A model generated the notes under the pieces. The model made no database searches. It was not told the origin of the DNA and was given only the letters and a program-made list of their open reading frames with translations. This document shows positions 1-11,602 of a DNA stretch of 64,000 nt, one piece after another. The stretch covers positions 24,118,001 to 24,182,000 of the forward strand of contig OX597821.1 of the NCBI GenBank assembly GCA_951406725.2. Reading direction: 5' to 3'. The stretch's first letter is position 1. Every line of letters begins with the position of its first letter. A program made the position numbers and the translations under genes. The stretch comes from Octopus vulgaris (Eukaryota).

Positions 1-609
1 CCCACACACTTTGTAGCAAGAGCTTTTTTCCTTTTCTGTGTCTTTATCTCGCAAGTTACCTGACAACCATGCTAGTACCAGTGGCATGAAAACAGCACTG
101 AATAAATACTGTAAAGTGATTGGTGTTGGGGAGGATATTCAGCTGCAGTAACCATGCCAAATCTAACACTGGAGTTCAGCACGTCCATGTGGCTTGCTGG
201 ATCCTGTCAGTCTACCCAACCAATGTCAGGAGAGAAAACGGACATTAAATGATAATAATACATAGAAAACAGTGAACTGGGATGCTAAATGATGTTTGAA
301 CATGCTAAACGTGTTGACAATGAACACACCCACCATTAAGATAATTAAACAATAAAGCATAAATTACAACAAAACAAATGATAGTGGATTTATGATTTTT
401 TTTCCTTTATTGTTAAGCAGCAAACACTTGTTAGACCTAAGCATCTACGATTGATTTATGTATGATTGGTCATATAAATAATGAAGGATTTTTAACATAA
501 AATACAAAGTACAAAAGATTGCAGTATCTTTAAGACCACTTCAAGCACAACAGGATCCACATCATGAAATGTAAATTATTATTCCTTTTTGAGGATTAAT
601 AAAATAAAT

Positions 610-1320
610 AATAGTTGGGCACTGGGCTTAATGAAATTGACTATCCTCTTTCCACAGAATTTCAGGCCTTGTGCCTTTACTAGAAAGGATTAATGTTATT
701 AAGGAGACAAACTGGCAGAATCATTAGTGTCCAAAAAAATGCTTTATGGTATTTGTGCCAACTCTTTACATGCTGAGGTCAACTTTATCACGTACCCTTC
801 TGTGGTCAATGAATATAGCACAACAGTTGAGGTAATTGACTAGGCTCTACTTCCTCTCCCAAATTTCAGGCCTTATGCATATATTAGAAATAATTACTAT
901 TATTATTGAAGTAGCAAACTGGCAGAATCATGGGAGTATCAGGAAAAAAAAAATTACACTGTTTGTTCTGACTCTTCATTCTAAATTCAAATCCTGCAGG
1001 GGTCAACTTTGCTGTTTATCCCACTAGGGTCGAAGTACCAGTGAAGCATTGGGACTGATGTAATTGATTATCCCAAACCCTAAAACTGCTGGTTTTGTTC
1101 CAAAAATTTGAAACATTATCATTATTAAGGTAATGAGCTGAAAGAGTCATTAGCATGCCAGACAAAATTTTCAGTGGCATTTCGCCTATCTTTATGTTCT
1201 GGGATCAACTTTGTCTTTCATCCTTTTGGAGTTGATAAAATAAGTACCAGTTGACTACTGGGGTCAATTTAATTGACTTAGCTCATTCCCCAAAATTTGA
1301 AATCATCATCATCATTATTC
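610..1320 (+). mobile_element. Head-to-tail cluster of 3-4 degenerate SINE copies, each ending in a (TTA)n tail
   Basis: Repeated module ctggcagaatc..ttag / tcaacttt..catcc..gataaaataagtaccagt / aaatttcaggccttgtgc..ttattatt at about 700, 910 and 1130. Same family as 18648-18880 and 49165-49390. Confidence 0.7.
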
Positions 1321-1944
1321 TTATACTATATATTTTTTTTATTTATCTAGTTTCAGTTCACAAGCTGTGGCCATGCTGGGGCACCACCATTTAAATGTAG
1401 AAATGAAATAATTGGGGTGGATAATATGCTGGATTGCTAACCGATAATTTGTGAGTTCAAATCTGCTGTTGATGTTTTAGTGAGTTATTTGAGAGAGCAT
1501 TTCAATCTATTGTGCCTCAGTTTACCTGGTCATCAAAAGTACACATCTTCCTGTTTTGGACATAGGTCAGTTCGGTACACCCCCTAGTAATCATGTAAAT
1601 AGAAGGCAAGGACAGAAGAATGTTAATCAAAAAATATTATTTAAACCCTTGAAACTAAATATACTTTAAATATTTAAAATTTATTGACATGTAATATAAG
1701 CTCAAATATGACCGTGTGGTTAGGAATTGTGCTTCCTAAACATGATTTTGGGTTCAGTCTCACTGCATAGCACCTTGAACAAGTGTGTTCTACTAAAGCA
1801 GCAAGTTGACTGAAGGCTTGTGAGTGGTTTTGGAAGCTGGAAACTGAAAGAAGCCTATTGTGTATGTGCATACACTTGTGTGTATATTTTCCCTCCTCTC
1901 AGTTAGGAGGCACAAGCACTTACATACACATGTACATACATGAT

Positions 1945-2087
1945 GGGAACTTCCACCTATGAAATTCAATTACAAGGCTTCAGTCAGCCCGAGGCTGTAG
2001 CAGAAGATGCTTGCCTAAGGTACCACACAGTGAGACTGAACCTGAAACCACATGGTTGAGAATCAGGCTTCTTAAACATACAGCCAT
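1945..2087 (-). mobile_element. Diverged 5' part of tRNA-derived SINE (antisense)
   Basis: Reverse complement matches the head of the SINE at 2156 (ggctgtatg..aaccatgtggtttcaggttcagtctcactgtgtggtacc). Confidence 0.7.
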
Positions 2088-2155
2088 ACCTATATATATA
2101 TGAATGCATATATGTGCATGTTTGTCTCTACTTGTCTTGACATTGCATGATTGAG

Positions 2156-2551
2156 GCGCAGGAGTGGCTGTGTGGTAAGTAGCTTGTTTACCAACCACAT
2201 GGTTCCGGATTCAGTCCCACTGCGTGGCACCTTGGGCAAGTTCTTCTACTATAGCCTCGGGCCGATCAAAGCCTTGTGAGTGGATTTGGTAGACAGAAAC
2301 TGAAAGAAGCCTGTCGTATATATGTATATATGTGTGTGTGTGTTTGTGTTTGTCCCCCTAGCATTGCTTGACAACCGATGCTGGTGTGTTTATGTCCCCG
2401 TTATTTAGCGGTTCGGCAAAAGAGACCGATAGAATAAGTACTGGGCTTACAAAAGAATAAGTCCCGGGGTCGAGTTACTCGATTAAAAGCGGTGTTCCAG
2501 CATGGCCGCAGTCAAATGACTGAAACAAGTAAAAGAGTAAAGAGTAAAGAG
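2156..2551 (+). mobile_element. Full-length tRNA-derived SINE with internal (TA)/(TG) microsatellite and (aagagta)n tail
   Basis: A-box-like tggctgtgtggtaag and B-box-like g(g/a)ttcagtccc. Near-identical copies at 6788, 10925, 44410 and 46520. Confidence 0.9.
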
Positions 2552-4254
2552 AGCTCTTGTTTTAGTATGTTAAATGAATGAGAGCTAACTCATTCATAGG
2601 ATATGGCATCAGTCTATCAGAGATAACATTCCCCAGCTGATCTGTTGGCACCTTTTTCTACTGACACATAAATGAAGTAATGGAAAACATAGTGTTCTGT
2701 CAACAGATACTAGCAGTAAGGGAGTAATAAATTTCTTAAGAGTAAAAATAGCAAATGAATTGGGGTGGGTGGGAAGTGATCTCTCAGTGGTTAGGGCACC
2801 AGATGAACTGGAGGGAGTGATAAATTCTTTATTATTTAGGACAGCAGAGAAGCTAGAGTGATGTAGAGTATAGTGTAGCATCCACCACACTCTGTAAAGT
2901 AGTTGGCATTAGGAAGGGTATCCAGCCATAGAAACCATGCCAAATCAGACTGGAACCTGGTGCAGCTCTCCAGCTCTGGTGAAACCATCCAACCAATGCC
3001 AACATGAACAATGGGCATTAAATGATGATGATGATGTTCTGAAACATTATGTAGAGAATGAAGACTAAGTCTCCTTTTGAGTAGGACACCAGTTTATCAT
3101 AGGTAACATCCCTCAGATTGACCTGGTGTGGTATCTATTCTTACTGACAGACAACTGAAGTCATGTAGAATATAATTTTCTACAAAGAAACATAACATAA
3201 TGGTTGCAGCAGATTTGAACATTTGCCCCATGGGCAGATGGTCTAGTTCCTATCCCACTTCTATGATACTGTTTGTAGTGACAATTCATTGTCATTGTCT
3301 ATTAAAGTCAACATTCCAACAAAAGTCTTCATCCATGCTGCCATGAATGCAACACTCCATGACAGGCCTCTGTTGTTGTTGGTGGGTAACTGAATACATG
3401 ACTGCAGTTCGTTAATGGTGACTTCATGTTGATTGCTAGAATGTAATAAAACTAGCTGACCTAACCTCTGCCCCTTGGATGCTCAGTGGGGAAGGCATCT
3501 ATTGAAGAAATACAAGTACCAGTGCTGTATCGAGTCCACAATTCAAGAAATTCAGCTGGCCCAGTCCATTTAACTGCAAATGGGGTACCACGTCAAGTTA
3601 CCAGTTCATCTGGCTTTTAAATAGTTACAATAGGAAGGAAGGTACAGTCAACCTAAATGTAAATAGGTACAATGTGGAAGTGCAGTCCATCTAGTTGAAA
3701 TGAGATAAGGCGGGGAGTGTCTTACAGCCTCAGTCCACCTAGTTGTAAAGGAGGTACCACACTATATGACAAAGTGTATAGTAAGGTTCTAGTGTAGAGG
3801 TGCAAAAGTCTGAAAAAAATTATTGTGAAACATGAGAGGCTACCACTGTGCTGTAAGTTATATAAATATGTGTCCTAAAGCAGAGTTAACTGGGATAATA
3901 TAATAAAAGAGTGGAATTGCATAGCAACAATTATAATAGGTGCTATGACTTGGTGCAGCTCACTGTTTCAATAACAGGGTGAACTACTCAGTAACTAATG
4001 TGTGTATTACTTAACTTGAAATGTGGCCCAGTACAGTCAACAAAATAAGGTACATACAAGAAAATATAGGTGAAAGAACTAAATGAGGTAGATACAATGA
4101 AAACAATAAGAAAGTAACATGATCCATAAAAGGGAAGGTAATGTCACCATATTATTAACTTAAATAAAAAAAAATATAGAAGAAAACTTTCATTCTTTCC
4201 TACATTTCTATTGAGATTGTTGTAAAAATCAATCAAGACAGACAACAGATACAA

Positions 4255-5997
4255 TCATGAAGTATTGTTAATAACAGCAGCATGTCTCTTCATGTGTATC
4301 TGTAATGAATTATAATAAGAAAACCTCTTGTCACATGTATCACAGTAAAAAGGCTTTTCTCCGCTGTGAAGTCTAGCATGTCCCTTTAGTCCAATGTTTG
4401 AGGAGAATTTTTTACCACAAATATCACAATGAAATGGTTTTTCCCCTGTATGGGTTTTAGCATGTTTTTTCAGATACGAACACAAGGAGAAACCTTTACT
4501 ACAGATATCACAATGAAACGGTCTTTCTCCTGTATGAGTTCTGATGTGCACCTTTAAGCCACAACTCGTAGAAAAGCTTTTCGTGCATATTTCACAAATG
4601 AATGGTTTTTCTCCACTATGAGTTCGCTTATGCACCTTCAGTTCTGAACTAATTGAAAAATCTTTACCACACACATCACAATGGAAAGGCTTCTCTCCCG
4701 TGTGTCTCCTGATATGTACTTTCAGTTCGGAACTAGTGGAAACATTTTTACCACAGATTTCACAATGGAATGGTTTCTCTCCAGTATGAATTCTAGAATG
4801 TACTTTCACTTTATACCTAGCTGAAAAGCCTTTACCACACACCTCACAGCAAAAAGGTTTTTCGCCAGTATGAATCCTTGTATGCATTTTCAGATCAAAA
4901 TTAGTTGAGAATTTTCTGTCACATACACTACAAGGGAAGAATTTCTCACCAGTATGTGTAGCCGAGTGCAATTTCAGTTTAAAGCGTTGAGAAAAACTTT
5001 TACCACACACCTCACAATGAAACGGTTTCTCACCTGTATGGGTTTTCATATGTTCCCTTAGTCCTGAGCTAGTGGAGACATCTTTACTACATATTTCACA
5101 ATGAAATGGTTTCTCTCCAGTATGAGTCCTTGTATGAACTTTGAGTTCAGAACTGGATAAGAAATTCTTACTACATACCTCACAATGAAATGGTTTCTCA
5201 CCACTGTGTATTCTTGCATGTTTTTTCAACTCAGAATTGGTAGAAACATTTCTGCCACATATCTCACACTGGAATGGTTTCTCTCCAGTGTGAGTTCTTA
5301 CATGAACCTTTAACTTAGAATTAGTAGAGAAACCGTGACCACACAAACTGCAAGAATAAGGTTTCTCTCCTGTGTGGATTCGAATATGCATCTTTAGTTT
5401 GGAATTAGTTGAAAATCTTTTACCACAGAGGTTACACTGAAATAGTTTCTCCCCGCTGTGTGAACTTAAATGTACTTTCAATGTATAATGGTGTGAGAAG
5501 TTTTTCCCACACACATCACAATGGTAGGGTCTTTCTCCTGTATGAGTTCTATGGTGTTCTTTGAGACCTGATCGTGTGGAAAAGTTTTTGCTGCATACCT
5601 CACAGTGGAATGGCTTTTCTCCAGTGTGGGTCCTGATATGTTTCTTCAAAACAAAACTCGTTGCAAAGCTTTTCTCACAAATCAGGCAATGGAACGGCTT
5701 CTCACCTGTGTGTTTCCTTAAATGAATTTTTAGTCCAGATGATGTGGAACAGTTTTTATCACATATCTTGCAAAAAAAACGTTTCTCATTATTCTGGTGA
5801 TTTTTAGTATGTGATTTCACTTTGAAACTTTGAGTAGTGGATGATATTTTACAAATGTCTGGTTTTACATCATTAGTATCAAACAAGGTTTTGGCACAGT
5901 GGTTTGGCTCAGAAAGAGCTGAAACTATTCCATCATACAATATTGGTTTTGTATCAGTTTTGTCTTCAATACTAACATTTTCTTCCATGATGGCCAT
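4255..5997 (-). CDS. C2H2 zinc-finger protein with 18 tandem fingers (about 580 aa), single coding exon
   Basis: Uninterrupted ORF with 18 CxxC-x12-HxxxH fingers joined by TGEKP-type linkers. First ATG at 5997; in-frame TAA upstream at 6016-6018. No recognisable effector domain in the N-terminus. Confidence 0.95.
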   Translation of the reverse strand: MAIMEENVSIEDKTDTKPILYDGIVSALSEPNHCAKTLFDTNDVKPDICKISSTTQSFKVKSHTKNHQNNEKRFFCKICDKNCSTSSGLKIHLRKHTGEKPFHCLICEKSFATSFVLKKHIRTHTGEKPFHCEVCSKNFSTRSGLKEHHRTHTGERPYHCDVCGKNFSHHYTLKVHLSSHSGEKLFQCNLCGKRFSTNSKLKMHIRIHTGEKPYSCSLCGHGFSTNSKLKVHVRTHTGEKPFQCEICGRNVSTNSELKKHARIHSGEKPFHCEVCSKNFLSSSELKVHTRTHTGEKPFHCEICSKDVSTSSGLREHMKTHTGEKPFHCEVCGKSFSQRFKLKLHSATHTGEKFFPCSVCDRKFSTNFDLKMHTRIHTGEKPFCCEVCGKGFSARYKVKVHSRIHTGEKPFHCEICGKNVSTSSELKVHIRRHTGEKPFHCDVCGKDFSISSELKVHKRTHSGEKPFICEICTKSFSTSCGLKVHIRTHTGERPFHCDICSKGFSLCSYLKKHAKTHTGEKPFHCDICGKKFSSNIGLKGHARLHSGEKPFYCDTCDKRFSYYNSLQIHMKRHAAVINNTS

Positions 5998-6110
5998 CAA
6001 ATTTGTTCTAGAACATTACACAAACTTTATTCAATGGACTTCTCGGATATTTCGATCACTAAAGCAGCGAGTTGCCTGTTTTTCTTTCTTGCTTTTGTTA
6101 AAACAAATAC

Positions 6111-6125
6111 CTGAAACCAAATGAA
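6111..6125 (-). other. Candidate 3' splice acceptor of a 5'-UTR intron of the ZNF gene
   Basis: Minus strand reads ttcatttggtttcag|gtatttg about 113 nt upstream of the ATG. Confidence 0.5.
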
Positions 6126-6787
6126 TATATCATCTCAGATTTGAAATATTTTACAATAGATTAAAAACCTATTATACATACTTCCTTGACACAACTGGCA
6201 TTTCTCAGTTGCATTATATTGCCTGCATACTGGGATAAAAAACCCCAACTTTTGTTAGTCATTTTATCGACTTGGATAGTCTTAGGCTGTTTAATATGCA
6301 CCGAGAAGCAACCAAACATAAGTTAGCTTGAAGGGAAGTAACTCATTCAGCACAAATCTAAAATCCCAGGTTTCAGTGGTGCTTCTGCTAATAATAAGAG
6401 TGTAGTGGATCAAATCATTTTTTTTTTTAGATCTTTCTAGTTCATTGTCACAATATTTCATCCTGCAAAAGAAAAGCAAAATAATAATAAAAACCTAAAA
6501 CAAAATCAGAAATTAGAAGATCAATGCCATTGTAACGTTATGTCCACTTTTCATTGCTTTAGAGGTTAGAATTCATTGAGGTAGAATTTTCTATGGTTGA
6601 AGTCCCTTCTTGTCACCAGCCTACACTTGTTTCCAAGTAAGGTAATATTTCTCCATGGTCAGACATGTTTCCACTGAGTATTAGAAATGAATGGCACTTT
6701 TAGCATGACAGTGACATTTATTTATAACTACCATGTGGTTTCAAGGAGACACAAACATACACATACTCTCTCACACACATACACAAA

Positions 6788-6943
6788 AGGAGTGGCTGTG
6801 TGGTAAGTAGCTTACTAACCAACCACATGGCTCCGGGTTCAGTCCCACTGCGTGGCATCTTGGGCAAGTGTCTTCTGCTATAGCCCGGGCCGACCAATGC
6901 CTTGTGAGTGGATTTGGTAGACGGAAACTGAAAGAAGCCTGTC

Positions 6944-6981
<38 letters not shown>

Positions 6982-7497
6982 GTGTGTGTGTGTGTGTTTG
7001 TGTGTCTGTGTTTGTCTCCCTAGCATTGCTTGACAACCGATGCTGGTGTGTTTACGTCTCCGTCACTTAGCGGTTCGGCAAAAGAGACCGATAGAATAAG
7101 TACTGGGCTTACAAAGAATAAGTCCCGGGGTCGATTTGCTCGACTAAAGGCGGTGCTCCAGCATACTTATTCTATCAGTCTTTTTTGCCGAACCACTAAG
7201 TTACGGGGGACGTAAACACACCAGCATCGGTTATCAAGCGATGTAGGAGGATGTTGAAGGGGACAAACACAAATATATAAATATACATATATACGACAGT
7301 TTCCGTCTACCAAATCCACTCACAGCCGATGCTGGTGTGTTTACGTCCCCGTCACTTAGCGGTTCGGCAAAAAGAGACTGATAAAATAAGTACTGGGCTT
7401 ACAAAGAATAAGTCCCAGGGTCGATTTGCTCGACTAAAGGCGGTGCTCCAGCATGGCCGCAATCAAATGACTGAAACAAGTAAAAGAGTAAAGAGAA
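6788..7497 (+). mobile_element. tRNA-derived SINE with internal direct-inverted-direct rearrangement
   Basis: Same family as 2156. Segment 7164-7325 is antisense SINE body, after which the sense body restarts and ends in the tail. Confidence 0.85.
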
Positions 7498-7571
7498 TAA
7501 TGTCAACTTGTAAGCATAAAATAAATATGACACTTATATAAGTAGTGAGTGGATCCTTTATATTTGACTGT

Positions 7572-7985
7572 AGGCATGGTTGTGTGGTTTAGAAATTCAT
7601 TTCCCAACCATGTAGTTTCAGGTTCAGTTCTGCTGTGTGGAACCTTGAGCAAGTGTTTTTGACAATAATATCAGACCTATCAAAACCTTCCAAGTGGATT
7701 TGGCAGACAAGAAATGAAAGGAGCCTGTTGTTTGTGTGTGTATTTGTGTTTCCTTGTCTTGACATTGCATGATAGTTGAAAATGAGCCTCACCATCAGAG
7801 AAGCAGCATCTCTCGTTTTCATTCTTTCGTGGAAGCATGTCCAACAAGAGGAAAGCATCTCCTTGATAGAAAACTGGTGAAGTTGGTGTCAGGAAGGACA
7901 CCTAGCTGTAGAAAACCTGCCTCAATGAATTCTGTCTGACTGATGCAAGCATGGAAACGTTGTCGTTAAAATAATGATAATGATA
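7572..7985 (+). mobile_element. Older SINE with related head and an RTE-like 3' tail
   Basis: Head similar to the 2156 family. The 3' end (ggtgtcaggaaggacacctagctgtagaaa...aagcatggaaac..taaaataatgataatgat) matches the 3' end of the RTE LINE at 10030-10163. Confidence 0.65.
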
Positions 7986-9151
7986 CATACACATACCTAT
8001 ATATATATATATATACATATAAAATAATTAGGGTGGTCAGATGCAATTCAAAAGACAAAAAGGAAATAATTCGCCACTGCTAAAATGTGATGAAGGGTTC
8101 AGGGAGCAACAGCATTGCTAGAAATAAGAGTCGACGAACTTTTTATTCACAGAAGCACAATATATATATGCATGAGAGGTATTTGAGGACATATCTGGTA
8201 ATTTAAAACAGCTTTAATCTAGTAAAAACCAAATATATTTTAATCAGAATTTATGCCCATATTCTTGTTAAGCATTTTTATAAGATTATTCTATGAATCC
8301 AACTTCAGTTTCTATGACTGCTTCAACAGAAACAAGAATCATTGACAACCCGTCGTCTGTCTTTTTTGTCTTTATAGGCTCTTGGGTGTGATTTGTGAAA
8401 ACTGTGGTTTTTGTATTTCTAGCATATTCAATGACTTCATATAGGCTCCTTCATTGGTTTATGAGTGTTTTGTTTTATTGTTTTTAGTCATATCTAAGTG
8501 TATTCAATGAATTAATTTCTCTTATTGGTTGCAAATATAAACAAACATTATATAAAGGGTTTGAAATGTATTTGAGGATGCTTACTGCATATTAGAATAT
8601 GTGGTGTAGACTTTGACTAGGTGGAAGCATAGTATACATACACAAGAGCAGAATTAAACAGTAGAATTACTTAAACTTTATTGTATCATCATAGATTACA
8701 TAATCTTTAAACATGGTTCACTAGCATATACTAGTGTGCAATGCAGTAATCATTCCATAATTACATTACAATGCCAGATCATCAGAGGAAAACATAATTT
8801 AGTCACTTGTAGATTACCAACGTCACTTGGTAGGCAGACCAAGTTGAGAACTGCAGTTCTCAGCTAGGTGATCTGGTATTATAAGGTGATTACACAACTG
8901 CCTAGGTAATATTTACCACATGGCATACTGGTATATGCTAATGAAACAGATGTAAAGATTATGTAATTCATGATGTTATAAAATATTGTTTAATTGAATC
9001 TCCAGTTTATCCTGCTCTTATATATACACTCTGTAATCTATTCAAAAGTATAGAATGCTAAACAAAAATCTGAGGTAAATTATGTTCAGTACTTGATTGG
9101 AATTTGGATATACAAGGAATTCTAAGCAATGGTTAATTGCTATGCTATGCG

Positions 9152-9193
<42 letters not shown>

Positions 9194-10163
9194 CCCTACT
9201 GGTGGCAAAGGGTCTCTCGCTCAGAGTCAAAGGTAGATTGTACGACGCATGTATGCGAACTGCTATGCTTCAAGGTAGTGAAACATGGGCTGTGACTGCG
9301 GAGGACATGCGTAGACTTGAAAGAAATGAAGCTAGCATGATCCACTGGATGTATAATGTCAGTGTGCACACACGACAGAGTGTAAGCACCCTGAGAGAAA
9401 TGCTGGACATAAGAAGCATCAGATGTGGTGTGCAAGAAAGACGTTTGCGCTGGTATGGTCGTGTACTACAGATGGATGAGGAGAGATGTGTGAAGAAGTG
9501 CCACTCCCAAAGAGTTGAAGGAATCCAGGGTAGAGGTAGACCCAGGAAAACATGGGATGAGGTGGTCAAGCATGACCTTTGAACGTTGGGCCTTACAAAG
9601 GCAATGATGAAAGATCAAGACCTCTGGAGATAAGCTGTGACTGCAAAGACCCGACAAATAACATGAGTTCATGGCTGTTTCCTGCACCAGCTTCACATAG
9701 CAGCCCCAGCCCATCTAAAGTACCTTGGATCGCAGAACGGCCTGCTGTGCTAACCTTGGATCATAGGGCAACCTGCTGTGCTTGAGGAGACCTACTGAGT
9801 CAAGTACATCAACATCAAAATAAAAATCAAATGGAAATTGTAGTTGTGATACCCGTGCCGGTGGCACGTAAAAAGCACCATCCGAACGTGGCTGATGCCA
9901 GTGCCGCCTTGACTGGCTTCTGTGCTGGTGGCATGTAAAAAGCACCAACCAATCGTGGTTGTTTTCAGCCTCCCCTGGCACCTGTGCCGGTGGTACATAA
10001 AAAGTACCCACTATACTCACAGAGTGGTTGGCGTTAGGAAGGGCATCCAGCTGTAGAAACACTGCCAGATCAGATTGGAGCCTGGTGCAGCCTCCTGGCT
10101 TCCCAGACCCCGGTCGAACCCATGCCAGCATGGAAAACAGACATTAAACAATGATGATGATGA
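9194..10163 (+). mobile_element. 5'-truncated RTE-clade LINE (C-terminal ORF part plus 3' UTR, (GAT)n tail)
   Basis: Translation KGRLYDACMRTAMLQGSETW...RRLRWYGRV...RGRGRPRKTW is the typical RTE ORF C-terminus. Ends in atgatgatgatgat. Confidence 0.85.
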
Positions 10164-10924
10164 TATATGTGTGTGATTTCATTTGTATTTTCTCTCATCA
10201 TCATGTGTGTTCACAGATTATATACAATGGCCTTACTGTTCATACAAACTGTGTCAAGGCTCAATCAAATGGTGTCATTTATTTTTAGTTCTATGTGTAA
10301 CCATGCCCAAGCAGTTTGTTGTCCAAAAGATGGAAAGATTATTACTTCACTTGGAAACTTTAGGGGTTTGTGTGTGCATCAGGAAGGGCGTTCAACTGCC
10401 GAAAACTCTGCTCCAACGGGCACTTGTCTAGCCAATACAAGCCTGGAAAATTATGCATTAAAACAATGATGAATCTCTGCATCTTATCTTGTTCAGGGAC
10501 TTTTTAAGTGTCATAGGACTACTCCATATAGGACTGACCTTATGCTATACCATGGTGTTACAGTAATATATAAGTTTTGATTCAGACAGTAATAGCAATA
10601 CTTTATTTTTGTTCCCAACTGCTCCGGCTAGTTTGAAATAAAGGAGGTGAGTGACAGAAACAATGGATTAGATTCGTTAATATATTTAGTTACGTCCCTT
10701 CAAATTCGAGATTCAGATCCAACCTTTACTACTTTTCATCTTTGTTAAAACAAGGCACCAGTCAAGTACTGGTTCCTAAATAACCAATTTTACCTCTCTT
10801 TAAATTGTTTTGCCTTGTGCTAATGTTAATGATGATGACAATACTAACAGTTAAGTTAAAATCCTCTAAGGGTCAATTTGCAATTATCTTCTTAGTATCT
10901 CTTTCACCTGATGCTATTTGGCAC

Positions 10925-11082
10925 AGGAGTGGCTGTGTGGTAAGTAGCTTGCTAACCAACCACATGGTTCTGGGTTCAGTCCCACTGCGTGGCATCTTGG
11001 GCAAGTGTCTTCTGCTATAGCCCCGGGCCGACCAATGCCTTGTGAGTGGATTTGGCAGACGGAAACTGAAAGAAGCCTGTCG

Positions 11083-11115
<33 letters not shown>

Positions 11116-11298
11116 TTGTGTGTCTGTGTTTTTCCCCCCAACATCGCTTGACAACCAATGCTGGTTTGGCAAAAGAGACCGATAGAATAAGTACTGGGCT
11201 TACAAAGAATAAGTCCCGGGGTCGATTTGCTCGACTAAAGGCGGTGCTCCAGCATAGCCGCAGTCAAATGACTGAAACAAGTAAAAGAGTAAAAGAGA
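10925..11298 (+). mobile_element. tRNA-derived SINE (2156 family) with short internal deletion
   Basis: Near-identical to 6788-7163 and the 2156 copy. Confidence 0.9.
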
Positions 11299-11527
11299 AT
11301 GTAATTACCTGGACAGCACTTTGATGACCTTGTGCTAACGTGAAAGACCAATACACACACGAACATAAACAACCATAGGCTTGCACATAGACACTGGGCT
11401 TATCGGTCCCAACACATTTTCAAAACTAGTGACTAACGATTTCCGTTTAAATTAATTTATGAATTTACTTTATACTCTGTATTTAGTAATTATTTGCCTC
11501 CTTCGCCAACAAAATGTGTAATTTGTG

Positions 11528-11602
<75 letters not shown>

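Noticed and set aside
5837-6124. Plus-strand 95-aa ORF overlapping the ZNF start
   Set aside because: Antisense shadow with a GTG start and no domain.
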